From Gemmatimonadales bacterium (GTDB lineage Bacteria > Gemmatimonadota > Gemmatimonadetes > Gemmatimonadales > GWC2-71-9), in NCBI GenBank assembly GCA_041577295.1, contig JBFGJG010000029.1, positions 1 to 58,138 of the forward strand: a DNA stretch of 58,138 bases. Reading direction: 5' to 3'. The notes below the pieces were generated by a model. That model had not been told where the DNA came from, ran no database searches, and saw only the letters and a program-made list of their open reading frames with translations. Below are positions 18,199 through 28,564 of the stretch, one piece after another. Numbering within the stretch: the first letter of the stretch is position 1; each line of letters opens with the position of its first letter. The position numbers and the translations under genes are program-made.

Positions 18199-21100
18199 GT
18201 CCGAGCCTCGATCGGCTCGAGCGCCGGCGCTCGCCGGCGCACCCGTGAGGTCACCCGATCGAGCAGCACGTACACGACCGGAACCAGGTAGAGTGTGAGC
18301 ACCGTGGAGAACAGCATCCCGCCAACGATCGCGTACCCCAATGGGCGCCGGCTCGCCGATCCCGCTCCGAGGCCCAGGGCGATCGGAACGGTCGCCGAGA
18401 TCGTGGCGACCGACGTCATGAGAATGGGGCGCAACCGGATCCGGCCGGATTCGAGGACCGCCTCAATCGTGGCGAGCCCCTTGGCCTTCAGCTGATTCGC
18501 GTACTCTACCAGCAGAATCGAGTTCTTGGTTACCAGTCCGATGAGCAGAATCATGCCGATCTGGCTGTAGAGGTTGATAGTCGACCCCGCGATGAGCAGG
18601 GTGATGAGCGCGCCCGTTACCGCCAGCGGCACAGCCATGAGCACGGTGAGCGGATGAACCAGCGACTCGAACTGCGCGGCGAGCACCATGAACACGACGA
18701 TCAGCGCGAGCACGAACGCGAAGTAGAGCGCGGAGCCGCTTTCTTCCAACTCTCGCGACTCGCCGGCCAGCGCGAGGCTGCTTCCCCGGGGGAGGACCTC
18801 TGCTCCGGCAGCTCGCAGCGAATCCAGCGCCTCGCCCAGCGTGAACCCCGGCGAAAGGTTGCCCGACAACGTGAAGGAGCGGACGCGATTGAAGTGATTG
18901 AGCTGTCGCGGCCCAATCCCCTCGTCGATGCGCGCTATGGCGTCCAACTTCACCAGCGTCCCATCCCGCCCACGGATGTGCACGCCGCGCATGTCGCTCG
19001 GCGTCGCCCGTTCGACCCGCTCCAACTGCACCATCACGTCGTACACCTTGCTGTCGCGCGTGAAGGTGCTCACGCGCCTGCCGCCGAGGAGGGATTGCAG
19101 CGACGACGAAATGTCGGCGATCGCCACGCCGAGATCCTCGGCCCGGTCGCGGTCGTAAGAAACCGTCAGCTCCGGTTTGTTCACGCGCAGATCCGTATCG
19201 ACGTTGATCAAACCCGGTATCTGCCGTGCACGCGCCGCGAGCCGCTGCATCCCAACACCCAGGGAATCGAAGTTGGGGTGCCGCACGACAAACTGGACGG
19301 GACTCTGGAAGCCAAAGGCCGGGGGCTGATTGGCAAACACGAACACGCCTGGAATCCCGAAGTACTGAGGCTGGACTTCCCCGATCACGTCCTGCACACC
19401 ACGAGTCCGCCGATCCCAGTCGATCAGACGCGCGAAGACGATACCACCGTTCACCCTTCCGCCCCAGCCCACGATGCTGAAGTAGGCCTCCACGTCGTCG
19501 GTTTGGCTCAAGATCTTTTCCACTTGTTGCTGATAGCCGTCCGTATACTCGAGCGATGCGCCCTCGGGCGCGATCGTAATCGTGATGAAGAAGCCACGGT
19601 CCTCTGGCGGGATGAACTCGCGCTTCAGCGACATGAACACGATCACGGCTAGCACCACGGTGCCAGCGGCTCCGGCCATCACGAGCCCCCGGTGGCGCAG
19701 GGCCCACGCCAGACTTCCGGCGTACAGCTTAGCAATCCCCTGGAATCCCGCTTCCAGGGCGTTGAAGACCGCCCCGTGCGACTTGGGGACGCGGAGGATC
19801 TTGGCGCTCAGCATCGCCGTGAGCGTGAGGGCGACAAACGACGAAACCACGACCGCACCCGCCAACGCGATCCCGAACTCGTTGAAGAGGCGACCGGTGG
19901 TTCCGCGTAAGAACGCCAGCGGTGAGAACACCGCGACGAGTGCGACGGTCGTGGCGATCACCGCGAAGGCGATCTCACGTGTGCCATTGGTCGCTGCCGT
20001 GTCGGGGTCCTCCTTGAGCTCCTCCTGATGCCGGTAGGCGTTCTCCATCACGATGATCGCGTCATCCACCACGATCCCGATGGCCAAGATGAGCGCGAGC
20101 AGCGTCAAGTTGTTGATGGTGAATCCGAAGAAGTAGAGCAACCCAAACGCCGCGATGATGGACGTGGGAATGGCGAGACCCGGAATGATGGTCGCGCGAA
20201 CGTTGCGCAAGAACACGAAGATAATCATGACGACGAGAATCGCCGCCAGCACAAGCGTCTCCTCGGCTTCGCGAATGGAACGACGCACGAAGGTGGCCCC
20301 GTCGTACGCCGCGTGGATCTCGACACCGGGTGGAAGGGCCTCCTGGATTGCCGGGAGCTCCGCGCGAATCGCGTCCGATACTTCGATGAGGTTTGCCTTC
20401 GACTGCCGCACTACCCCAATCGCCACCGCCGGGGTGCTGCGGAACCGCAAGGTGGACCGATCATCCTCCGGACCAAGCTCAACCCGCGCCAGATCGCGCA
20501 GCTTGATGAGCTGCCCGGCTTGATTCGACACGGTGAGATTCGCGAACTCGTCGGGCGTCTTGAGCTCACCCAGCGACCGAACGGTAAATTCACGGCGCTG
20601 CGACTCGATACGGCCCGCCGGAATTTCGACGTTGCGGGTGCGGATCGCCGCTTCCACATCCTGCACCGTGAGCCCGTGTGCGGTGAGCTTCGCGGGATCG
20701 ATCCAGATCCGCATCGAGTAGCGGCGCTCCCCAAAGATCTGCGCGCGACCGACGCCGGGGAGCGACTGGAGACGATTCTTGACCTCGCGATCGCCGATAT
20801 CGGACAGCTGAAGCAGGCTGTAGTTCGCGCCGGACAACGCCAGCCAGAAAAACGGCTGGGCGTCCGCGTCCTGCTTTTCGACCACGGGCTCCTCGATCTC
20901 CTGCGGAAGCCGCCCGCGCACGCGTGCCACCTTGTCCCGAACGTCTTGCGCAGACGCCTCGACATCGCGATCGAGGGTGAACTCGAGTGTGATATTGCTG
21001 AACTGTTCGGCGCTGGTACTCGTCAAGGTCCGCAGGCCGGGAATGGTGCTGAGCTCCTCCTCCAGGATGTCGGTTACCGTCGATTCCATGACCCGAGGAT

Positions 21101-21263
21101 TTGCGCCTCGCAAAGTCGTCGAAACCGAGACGATCGGTGGATCGATATCCGGAAACTCACGTACGGGAAGTCGGAGAAACCCAATCGCCCCAAAAAGCAC
21201 GAGGGCCGCACTCATCATGCTGGCAAGCACGGGGCGCCGAATGGCGGTGTCGGAGAGCTTCAC
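18195..21263 (-). CDS. RND efflux permease (AcrB/AcrD/AcrF family)
   Basis: 1022 aa; AIRRPV, GIVVDDAI, LVTKNSIL and RLRPILMT (proton-relay residues intact). Confidence 0.95.
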   Translation of the reverse strand: MKLSDTAIRRPVLASMMSAALVLFGAIGFLRLPVREFPDIDPPIVSVSTTLRGANPRVMESTVTDILEEELSTIPGLRTLTSTSAEQFSNITLEFTLDRDVEASAQDVRDKVARVRGRLPQEIEEPVVEKQDADAQPFFWLALSGANYSLLQLSDIGDREVKNRLQSLPGVGRAQIFGERRYSMRIWIDPAKLTAHGLTVQDVEAAIRTRNVEIPAGRIESQRREFTVRSLGELKTPDEFANLTVSNQAGQLIKLRDLARVELGPEDDRSTLRFRSTPAVAIGVVRQSKANLIEVSDAIRAELPAIQEALPPGVEIHAAYDGATFVRRSIREAEETLVLAAILVVMIIFVFLRNVRATIIPGLAIPTSIIAAFGLLYFFGFTINNLTLLALILAIGIVVDDAIIVMENAYRHQEELKEDPDTAATNGTREIAFAVIATTVALVAVFSPLAFLRGTTGRLFNEFGIALAGAVVVSSFVALTLTAMLSAKILRVPKSHGAVFNALEAGFQGIAKLYAGSLAWALRHRGLVMAGAAGTVVLAVIVFMSLKREFIPPEDRGFFITITIAPEGASLEYTDGYQQQVEKILSQTDDVEAYFSIVGWGGRVNGGIVFARLIDWDRRTRGVQDVIGEVQPQYFGIPGVFVFANQPPAFGFQSPVQFVVRHPNFDSLGVGMQRLAARARQIPGLINVDTDLRVNKPELTVSYDRDRAEDLGVAIADISSSLQSLLGGRRVSTFTRDSKVYDVMVQLERVERATPSDMRGVHIRGRDGTLVKLDAIARIDEGIGPRQLNHFNRVRSFTLSGNLSPGFTLGEALDSLRAAGAEVLPRGSSLALAGESRELEESGSALYFAFVLALIVVFMVLAAQFESLVHPLTVLMAVPLAVTGALITLLIAGSTINLYSQIGMILLIGLVTKNSILLVEYANQLKAKGLATIEAVLESGRIRLRPILMTSVATISATVPIALGLGAGSASRRPLGYAIVGGMLFSTVLTLYLVPVVYVLLDRVTSRVRRRAPALEPIEART

Positions 21264-21903
21264 GAGAGTACCTCGGGTGTAGTCATTCCTATAATTGCTC
21301 GTGGCACAGGTCGGAACTAGCTGGCGAATCGTGAACGGGCGGTTGGACCACCTGAACGGCCCAAACCACCCTGAAAACTGCCCCCGTAATACTACGTGAA
21401 ACGACTCGTAAACGTTGAGCTGGCCGTTTACTTAGGGCCAAACGACGTCCGCGCGAACCGTCACCCCTTCAGACGGACGATGTTCGATGCGTGAAAGCTC
21501 GTCGTGCTCGAGCACTGCCGTGCGTCGTCCAAGGTTGTCAAGGCGGTCGAGGTGCCACTTTACCACGGCAGCGGACGAGCCAAGCATCGACGGAGCGTCC
21601 GGTTCATTCCTCGCCTCGCTCGGGGTGAAGGAAGGTCACTGGCGTCCGGGAGTGACACGGCCTTCGCGGACCACTCGCCGCGAAGAAACAATTGGGTCCC
21701 CACCATCCCGACTGGCGGGTTGTGGAACACGAGATGGCGACCGCGGGCCAGCGGCTCGACGGCACGCATAACGGACTCCCACCGATTGGCGTTGAACGGT
21801 GATATTTGATGTACCACTGGGTGGGTTGGGAGTTTCCCCGCCTTTCGGCGGACCCCAAAAACCTCTGCACGCACCGGCGGTTGGGCCGGGGGGAGGGCTC
21901 GAC

Positions 21904-22350
21904 ATGTCACTTCACCAAATCATGCTCAGCGTGCTGCTCGCGGCGGCATCAGGATGCGGCGATGCGCTAGAGCCCGGGACCTACGACGAATACGTGCTCC
22001 GCTCCATTGCTGGCGAACCCCCTCCCGCCATCTTTGTCGACCACGAGGGCGGGACCCTTCGCATCCTAGCCGACACGCTGTTTCTCACTGCAGACGGGAC
22101 TGGGCGGGAGGTCCAACGACTCGAGTTCACAGACAAAGCCGAGGGATCGGTGCAGGTGTTTACGGCGGGAAACGAGTTGACCTATACCACGGAGGAAGGG
22201 CGGCTGGAGATTACGTACGAGTGTAACGACGTGATCACCGTCACCTCGTGCGTTGCGCCACCTCACCTCGTCGGGTCGTTCACTCCGACAGGGCTCCGCT
22301 TCACGTTTTCTCTGGGGAGGGCACCGCTGGAGTTCGAACGGGTGAGGTGA
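21904..22350 (+). CDS. Putative lipoprotein
   Basis: GGAGG RBS before ATG 21904 and a lipobox-like LLAAASGC. Beta-rich mature domain. Confidence 0.7.
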   Translation: MSLHQIMLSVLLAAASGCGDALEPGTYDEYVLRSIAGEPPPAIFVDHEGGTLRILADTLFLTADGTGREVQRLEFTDKAEGSVQVFTAGNELTYTTEEGRLEITYECNDVITVTSCVAPPHLVGSFTPTGLRFTFSLGRAPLEFERVR

Positions 22351-22399
22351 ATAGGCGCATTTTGGTGTCAGGATAGCAAGCGAACCAGGCGTCAAAGAC

Positions 22400-22432
22400 G
22401 AGGGCACCGAGCGCTCGTCGCTCGGTGCCCTC
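22400..22432. terminator. Hairpin between convergent genes (likely terminator)
   Basis: Perfect 14-bp stem GAGGGCACCGAGCG-CTCGT-CGCTCGGTGCCCTC. Confidence 0.7.
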
Positions 22433-22478
22433 TAAGATTGCCCGGTGACCCGAATGCGTCCCGTCAGATGGCGTCTCT

Positions 22479-22775
22479 TCAGGTTCGTGGGACGCGTTCC
22501 ATATCGATCCAGCCGACGGGCCGAAACGGATCCGTCCGAGCACCCGTGGGAAGGTCCGCATCTACGAACTGCCACAAGGGGCAATCGTTGGGCCGGAGAT
22601 GCAGGGGACATGTCCCGTCCACCAACCGGCAGTGATCGAGGCAAAACTGCTGCGCTGCGCCCTTGACCCTCTTTGAGCTCTTGGGGGCAAAAAGCGCGAG
22701 CCCCTCCGCCCGAATTACCACAATAGCCATGACAGCCGCGATCAGGACGATGGCAATCACCGTCAGCGCCGGCAT
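22479..22775 (-). CDS. Small membrane-anchored four-cysteine protein
   Basis: AGGAGG RBS, an N-terminal TM helix and C-x3-C-x6-C-x8-CPLW. Confidence 0.7.
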   Translation of the reverse strand: MPALTVIAIVLIAAVMAIVVIRAEGLALFAPKSSKRVKGAAQQFCLDHCRLVDGTCPLHLRPNDCPLWQFVDADLPTGARTDPFRPVGWIDMERVPRT

Positions 22776-22935
22776 ACGGACCTCCTAGCCACGTTCCTCT
22801 TCATTCTTGCGTCACCGGTCTGAATGGCAGATGAAGACCGTGTGAAGGGACTTGTCAGCCTGCTGCGACGCTCCAGTTTTCCTGCCCACGCCCGCCCCAT
22901 TAGACTTTTCACGTCCCCAACCGCGCGAGTGAATC

Positions 22936-25359
22936 GTGCAGACAATCCTCGTCGCCGCAGCGCTAGTGGTCCTGGCACTCGTTCTCTTCTACCGCCGCCA
23001 GCCCTACCTCGCCTGGGTGCTGCCCGTCCTCGGCGCGCTCGCCTGGTGGGGCTTTACGATCGACAGCTCCGGAACCGGCTTCCGCATCGTAGTCGCCGTC
23101 TTTGCGCTGCTGGCCGTGGTGTTTGGCGTTCCGCCGCTTCGCCGCTCCCTCGTCTCACGCGGGGTCATGGGCGTGATGCGCAGGGTCTTGCCGCGCATGG
23201 GCGAGACCGAGCGGATCGCGCTCGAGGCCGGGACGGTATGGTTCGACGGCGAACTATTCTCCGGCCGTCCCAACTGGCGCCGACTGCTGGAGTTTTCCGT
23301 GAAACCGCTGTCAGCCGAGGAGCGTGATTTCCTAGACGGACCGGTGGAGCGTCTTTGCGCCATGGTGAACGAGTGGGACGTTGTGCAACGGGGCGATCTC
23401 GCACCCGAGACCTGGGATTTCATCAAACAGCACGGGTTCTTCGGAATGATCATACCGGAGGAGTTTGGTGGGCTCGGTTTCTCGGCCGCTGCCCACTCGG
23501 CCGTGATCAGCAAGCTCGCGAGTCGCAGCGTCACGGCTGCGGTGACCGTCATGGTGCCGAACTCCCTGGGGCCAGCCGAGCTCCTGCTTCATTACGGTAC
23601 GAAAGAGCAAAAGGAGCACTACCTGCCACGCCTTGCGAACGGGACAGATATTCCGTGCTTTGCCCTCACCGGCCCGGAGGCGGGGAGCGATGCGGCCGCG
23701 ACACAGAGCATTGGGATTGTCTGCCATGGAACGTACGAGGGCCGCGAGGTCCTGGGCATGCGGCTCAGCTGGCGCAAGCGCTATATCACGCTCGGCCCCG
23801 TCGCGACGGTGATTGGCCTCGCCTTCCGGTTGCGCGACCCGGAGCGCCTCCTGGGCGGCGAAGAAGACCTCGGGATCACCTGTGCACTCGTACCCGCCAA
23901 CCTTCCGGGCATCAAGATCGGCAAGCGCCACGATCCGATGGGCGTGCCATTTCACAATGGTCCAAACAGTGGCCGCGACGTCTTCGTCCCGTTGGACTTC
24001 ATCATTGGTGGACGTCAAATGGCCGGGCAAGGCTGGCGCATGCTCATGGAAAGCCTCGCGGCGGGACGCTCGATCTCCCTTCCCTCCCTGGCCGCCTCGT
24101 CGGGAGAACTCGCGGCGCGCGTGGTCGGTGCGTACGCGACGGTCCGGGAGCAATTCGACACACCAATCGGACGGTTCGAAGGAATCGAGGAACCCCTCGC
24201 GCGGATTGGCGGACTGACGTACGTCATGAACGCCGCGCGTGTGCTCACTGCAGGCGCAGTCGATGCAGGCGAGAAGCCGGCCGTGCTCTCGGCCGTCGTC
24301 AAAGCCTATCTGACCGAGGGGATGCGACAGGTGGTCAACGACGCGATGGACATCCGTGCGGGTGCGTCCATTTGCCGTGGTCCGCGCAACATCCTCGCTC
24401 GTGCCTATCAGGCCGTCCCCATCGGCATCACTGTGGAAGGTGCCAACATTCTCACCCGCTCGATGATCATCTACGGACAGGGTGCGATCCGGTGCCACCC
24501 TTACGTCCAGGCGGAGATGCAGGCTGTCGCAGAGAGTGACGTCGACGGATTCGACCGAGCGTTCTTCGGACACGTCGGCTTCGTGGTGTCGAACGTGGTG
24601 CGGTCGATCTTGCTTGCGGTGAGTGGGGCACGACTCGCGGGCGCGCCCATAGGTGGTCCCACAGCCAAGTACTTTCGGCGGCTGTCTCGGATGAGCGCCG
24701 CGTTTACCGTGGTGTCCGATACGGCGATGGCGACCCTCGGCGGCCGGCTGAAGCGGCGGGAAAAGATCAGCGGGAGGCTCGCCGACGCCCTGGCGTGGAT
24801 GTATCTGGCCGCGTCCGCGCTCAAGCGATTCATCGACGACGGTCAGCCCCTGCGCGATTTGCCCTTCGTGCAGTGGGGCAGCGACCACGCCTTGTATCAG
24901 ATCCAGACCGCGCTACTCGGAATCCTCGACAACTTGCCGAATCGAACGGCGGCGATCGCGCTACGCCCTGTCCTCTTTCCTTTTGGTGCCCGCTTCCGTC
25001 CGCCGAGCGATGGCGTGGGAGCGGCCGTTGCCCGTGAGCTTTTGGAGGATCGAGAGGCACGGCTCCATCTCACCCAGGACATCTACATTCCACCACCCGA
25101 TGAGCCCGGGTTGGGGCGGCTCGAGGCAGCGCTCGATCACGCCGTCGCCGCCCTGGCGGTGGAAACGAAGTTGCGCGACGCGGTTCGTGCAGGGCAGTTG
25201 GACAAGGCACCAGGTGACGAGTTACTGGAAGCGGCGCTCGCTGCGGGTATCATCACCGCCGACGAGCGGCAGCAGGTCATTAGTGCCGATCAGGTGCGCA
25301 ACGAGGTGATCCGCGTCGACGCGTTTGATCAGGAGACGTTCTTGGATCTGCGAGGATGA
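22936..25359 (+). CDS. fadE: Membrane-anchored acyl-CoA dehydrogenase (FadE-type with DUF1974-like tail)
   Basis: 807 aa with N-terminal TMs, TERIALEAG, VMVPNSLGPAELL, CFALTGPEAGSDA and ITVEGANILTRS. Confidence 0.92.
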   Translation: MQTILVAAALVVLALVLFYRRQPYLAWVLPVLGALAWWGFTIDSSGTGFRIVVAVFALLAVVFGVPPLRRSLVSRGVMGVMRRVLPRMGETERIALEAGTVWFDGELFSGRPNWRRLLEFSVKPLSAEERDFLDGPVERLCAMVNEWDVVQRGDLAPETWDFIKQHGFFGMIIPEEFGGLGFSAAAHSAVISKLASRSVTAAVTVMVPNSLGPAELLLHYGTKEQKEHYLPRLANGTDIPCFALTGPEAGSDAAATQSIGIVCHGTYEGREVLGMRLSWRKRYITLGPVATVIGLAFRLRDPERLLGGEEDLGITCALVPANLPGIKIGKRHDPMGVPFHNGPNSGRDVFVPLDFIIGGRQMAGQGWRMLMESLAAGRSISLPSLAASSGELAARVVGAYATVREQFDTPIGRFEGIEEPLARIGGLTYVMNAARVLTAGAVDAGEKPAVLSAVVKAYLTEGMRQVVNDAMDIRAGASICRGPRNILARAYQAVPIGITVEGANILTRSMIIYGQGAIRCHPYVQAEMQAVAESDVDGFDRAFFGHVGFVVSNVVRSILLAVSGARLAGAPIGGPTAKYFRRLSRMSAAFTVVSDTAMATLGGRLKRREKISGRLADALAWMYLAASALKRFIDDGQPLRDLPFVQWGSDHALYQIQTALLGILDNLPNRTAAIALRPVLFPFGARFRPPSDGVGAAVARELLEDREARLHLTQDIYIPPPDEPGLGRLEAALDHAVAALAVETKLRDAVRAGQLDKAPGDELLEAALAAGIITADERQQVISADQVRNEVIRVDAFDQETFLDLRG

Positions 25360-25370
25360 CGGCACATTGG

Positions 25371-26495
25371 TCAACCGGAAGACCGGGCGAAACGGCGCGC
25401 TGCAAACCACAGCAAGGAGGAACCGAGAAGCAGGAGCGCCACATGCTGTGACCAGAGCGCCTCGAAGCCCACACCCTTCAAGAAGACGGCTCGCACGATC
25501 TCGAGGTAATGCCGCACGGGATTGACCACGGTGACCCACTGGAACACCTCCGGCATGCTGCTCACCGGAAACAGAAACCCGGACAGGAGGATGGTGGGCA
25601 TGAATACCAGGAAGCTGGCCATGAACGCTTCCTGTTGCGTCCGGGAGACGGTGGAGATGAGCAATCCCAATCCAAGTCCCGAGAGCAAGTACAGCACGCT
25701 CGCCACCAGAAGCACCAAGGCGTTTCCCCGAAACGGAACGTCGAACCACCACAAGGCAACGGTAGTGACGAGCAGGAGGTCGACCAGACCGATCAAGCCA
25801 AACGGGAGGGTCTTCCCGGCAATGAGCTCGCCCGGTGTGAGAGGACTTACCTGCAGTCGTTCGAGCGTGCCGATTTCCCGTTCGCGAACGATGGCAAGCG
25901 ACGTCAGCAGAAGACACACCAACAGAATCAACGCTCCGACGACCGCCGGCACGTTGTAGTCACGGCTGGACAGATCGGGATTGAACCAGGCGCGTTCCCG
26001 TAAATCGACCGCTCCCGTTTCCCGATCACTCTCCAAGCGTTGCGCGTGGTCCAGCACGATGCGTTCGGCGTAGCCCTGCGCCACCGACGCGGTGTTGGAA
26101 TTCGTGCCGTCGATCAGAAGCTGGATGCGCGCACCGCGCGGGTCGTGGAGATCGGATGCATATCCGCGCGGGATCTCCAATCCGACGATGGCCCTGCCGT
26201 GATCCAATGCCCGAACGATATCGCTGGACCGTTGAGACCGCGCCACCGTGTAGAAGTAACCCGAGGCGGTGAGTGTTTCGACAAGCGATCGCGACGCAGC
26301 TGTCCGGTCCCGGTCGACGACGATGGTGGGGGTCTTCCAGATATCGGTGGAAACCGCATAGCCAAAGATGACGAGCTGGAGGATGGGCGCCACGAAGATG
26401 ACACGTGCGATGCGTGGATCGCGAAAGATCTGACGGAACTCCTTGCGCAGCATGCCCAGCACACGGCCACGTCGCTCCCTCCACGACTCCCTCAC
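25371..26495 (-). CDS. ABC-2 type permease (YbhR-like)
   Basis: KEFRQIFRD, IDGTNSN, IVREREIGTLE and LLSGFLFPV. Confidence 0.9.
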   Translation of the reverse strand: MRESWRERRGRVLGMLRKEFRQIFRDPRIARVIFVAPILQLVIFGYAVSTDIWKTPTIVVDRDRTAASRSLVETLTASGYFYTVARSQRSSDIVRALDHGRAIVGLEIPRGYASDLHDPRGARIQLLIDGTNSNTASVAQGYAERIVLDHAQRLESDRETGAVDLRERAWFNPDLSSRDYNVPAVVGALILLVCLLLTSLAIVREREIGTLERLQVSPLTPGELIAGKTLPFGLIGLVDLLLVTTVALWWFDVPFRGNALVLLVASVLYLLSGLGLGLLISTVSRTQQEAFMASFLVFMPTILLSGFLFPVSSMPEVFQWVTVVNPVRHYLEIVRAVFLKGVGFEALWSQHVALLLLGSSLLWFAARRFARSSG

Positions 26496-27604
26496 GCTAG
26501 CTCCTTCTTGAACACGCGTGTTGCGAGCGTCAGTCCAATTACGGCGAACGCAATCATCAATAACCCCTGGACCCGCAGCACATCCACTCCGACACCCTTG
26601 AGAAAGATTCCTCGAGTGACGACTAGGAAGTACCGCGCAGGAACGAGGTAGGTGATCGTCTGCAACGCGCGCGGCATGACATCGATCGCGAACATGAACC
26701 CCGAAAGGAGAAATGCCGGCAGAAACGTGGTGATCATCGCGAGCTGAGTCGCGAGTAGCTGCGACTTTGCTACCGCCGATATGAAAATCCCGAGGCCGAG
26801 AGCACCTATGAGGAACGCCGTCGAAAGAACCATGAGCAGAAGCGGGCTGCCCCGAAGTGGTACCTGAAACAAGGCCACCCCCACGACGCTCACCGCGACG
26901 ACGTCGAGCAATCCGATTGCGAGGTACGGCAACAGCTTGCCAAGCACGACTTCACTCCGTCGCACCGGTGTGGCAGCGAGCTGTTCCATGGTACCGCGCT
27001 CCCACTCACGCGCTATCGTGAGCGAGGTCAACATCGCCGCGATGATCATCATGATGACCGCCACTAGACCGGGGACGATCATGTTCTTGCTGCGGAGGTC
27101 CTCGTTGTACCACACCCGTGTCTCGACGCGGATGGGGGGTTCTCTTCGTCCAGCCCCCAGGCTCTTCAGCGAGAACGCCCGCACGATGCCCGAGGCGTAG
27201 CCGAGGGCGATCGTCGCGGTGTTGGCGTCGCTGCCATCGACGATGGCTTGTATCGATGCCTGACTGCCGCTGCCGAGATCGCGCGCGAACCCTGGTGGAA
27301 CGACCAACACCATGAGCGCCCGGCCACGATCGAGCATGCGCTCCATCTCTTCTGGCCGGTCGACGTTTGCAACGAGGGTGAAGTATCCGGATGCCCAGAA
27401 GGCATCGAGCAACGCGCGACTCTGCCGGCTATTGTCGTAATCGGCGACGGCGGTGCGAATGTCGTCGACGTCCCACGTGATGGCGTACCCGAAGAGCACC
27501 ACCAGCAGAATCGGTAGGAGAAATGCCAGGAGGAGACTTCGAGGATCCCGTCGGAGCTGAATGACTTCTTTGCGGGCGATCGCGAGCAGGCGACGTCGAT
27601 CCAC
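26492..27604 (-). CDS. ABC-2 type permease (YbhS-like)
   Basis: KEVIQLRRD, VDGSDANT, IAREWERGTMEQL and LLSGFMF. Confidence 0.9.
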   Translation of the reverse strand: MDRRRLLAIARKEVIQLRRDPRSLLLAFLLPILLVVLFGYAITWDVDDIRTAVADYDNSRQSRALLDAFWASGYFTLVANVDRPEEMERMLDRGRALMVLVVPPGFARDLGSGSQASIQAIVDGSDANTATIALGYASGIVRAFSLKSLGAGRREPPIRVETRVWYNEDLRSKNMIVPGLVAVIMMIIAAMLTSLTIAREWERGTMEQLAATPVRRSEVVLGKLLPYLAIGLLDVVAVSVVGVALFQVPLRGSPLLLMVLSTAFLIGALGLGIFISAVAKSQLLATQLAMITTFLPAFLLSGFMFAIDVMPRALQTITYLVPARYFLVVTRGIFLKGVGVDVLRVQGLLMIAFAVIGLTLATRVFKKELA

Positions 27605-27613
27605 GAGCGGTCC

Positions 27614-28564
27614 TCAGCCTGAGACGGCACCGCCCGCCGCGCGGACGCGGGCTACGAAGATGTCTTCCAAGGACGGCGCGATCTCCCCAATTCGCTCGAT
27701 ACGAAGGCCCTCTGACTCAAGCCGCTGCTCGATCCGCTGTCGGGCCTCGGTCACGTCGCGAACCGCTGCGTGTACCGCGCGTCCAAACATCGCAGCATCG
27801 ATGACTCCCGGCAGGTCGCGCAGCAGCTCAGTCGCCCTCGCGCTCTCGTCGACCACCACCTCGAGGATGGGCTCGTCTGCGGCCTCGCGCAGACCGCGGG
27901 GCGTGTCGAGCGCGATCAGCCGACCCCGATTCATGAGCGCGAGCCGGTGGCAGTACTCGGCTTCTTCCATGTAGTGGGTGGTCACCAACACCGCTGTTCC
28001 TCCAGCCGCGATCTCGTGGATGAGATCCCAGAATTGCCGCCGCGATACCGGGTCGACACCGGACGTTGGCTCGTCGAGGAACAGAATCGCCGGCTCGTGC
28101 AGAAACGCGCATCCGAGAGCAAGGCGTTGCTTCCAGCCCAACGGAAGGGTCGCGGTGAGACTGCGACGATGATCTGTGAGCCCGGCCATCTCCAACACCC
28201 ACTTGCTCCGCGCAGCGAGTTGCGATCCCGAGACGCCATACAAACGAGCGGAGAAGGCGATGTTCTCGTCCACCGTGAGGTCGCCATACAGGGAGAACAA
28301 CTGCGACATGTACCCGATACGGCGCTTGAGCGCGTAGGCGTCGCGCGCCACATCGTGGCCGGCGACGACCGCGCCGCCCGACGTCGGCACGAGGAGACCC
28401 GCGAGCATCTTGATCGTTGTGGTCTTGCCCGCTCCGTTGGGCCCGAGGAAACCGAAGATCTCCCCAGTGCCCACCCGAAACGAGACACCATCGACGGCCG
28501 TGAAGTCGCCGAACGTCTTGGTGAGCTCATCGGCGACCACCGCCGCGGACGCGGCGCTGGTCAC
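27614..28564 (-). CDS. ABC transporter ATP-binding protein (YbhF C-half-like)
   Basis: Walker A GPNGAGKTT, LPLGWKQRL signature variant, FLDEPTSGVD and THYMEEA. Confidence 0.92.
   Translation of the reverse strand: MTSAASAAVVADELTKTFGDFTAVDGVSFRVGTGEIFGFLGPNGAGKTTTIKMLAGLLVPTSGGAVVAGHDVARDAYALKRRIGYMSQLFSLYGDLTVDENIAFSARLYGVSGSQLAARSKWVLEMAGLTDHRRSLTATLPLGWKQRLALGCAFLHEPAILFLDEPTSGVDPVSRRQFWDLIHEIAAGGTAVLVTTHYMEEAEYCHRLALMNRGRLIALDTPRGLREAADEPILEVVVDESARATELLRDLPGVIDAAMFGRAVHAAVRDVTEARQRIEQRLESEGLRIERIGEIAPSLEDIFVARVRAAGGAVSG

Noticed and set aside
21264..21903. 640-bp gap with several short ORFs and a small CCGCC-TTTC-GGCGG hairpin, considered as a riboswitch, ncRNA or pseudogene
   Set aside because: No recognisable RNA family motif, RBS-supported ORF or protein motif. 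Left unassigned.
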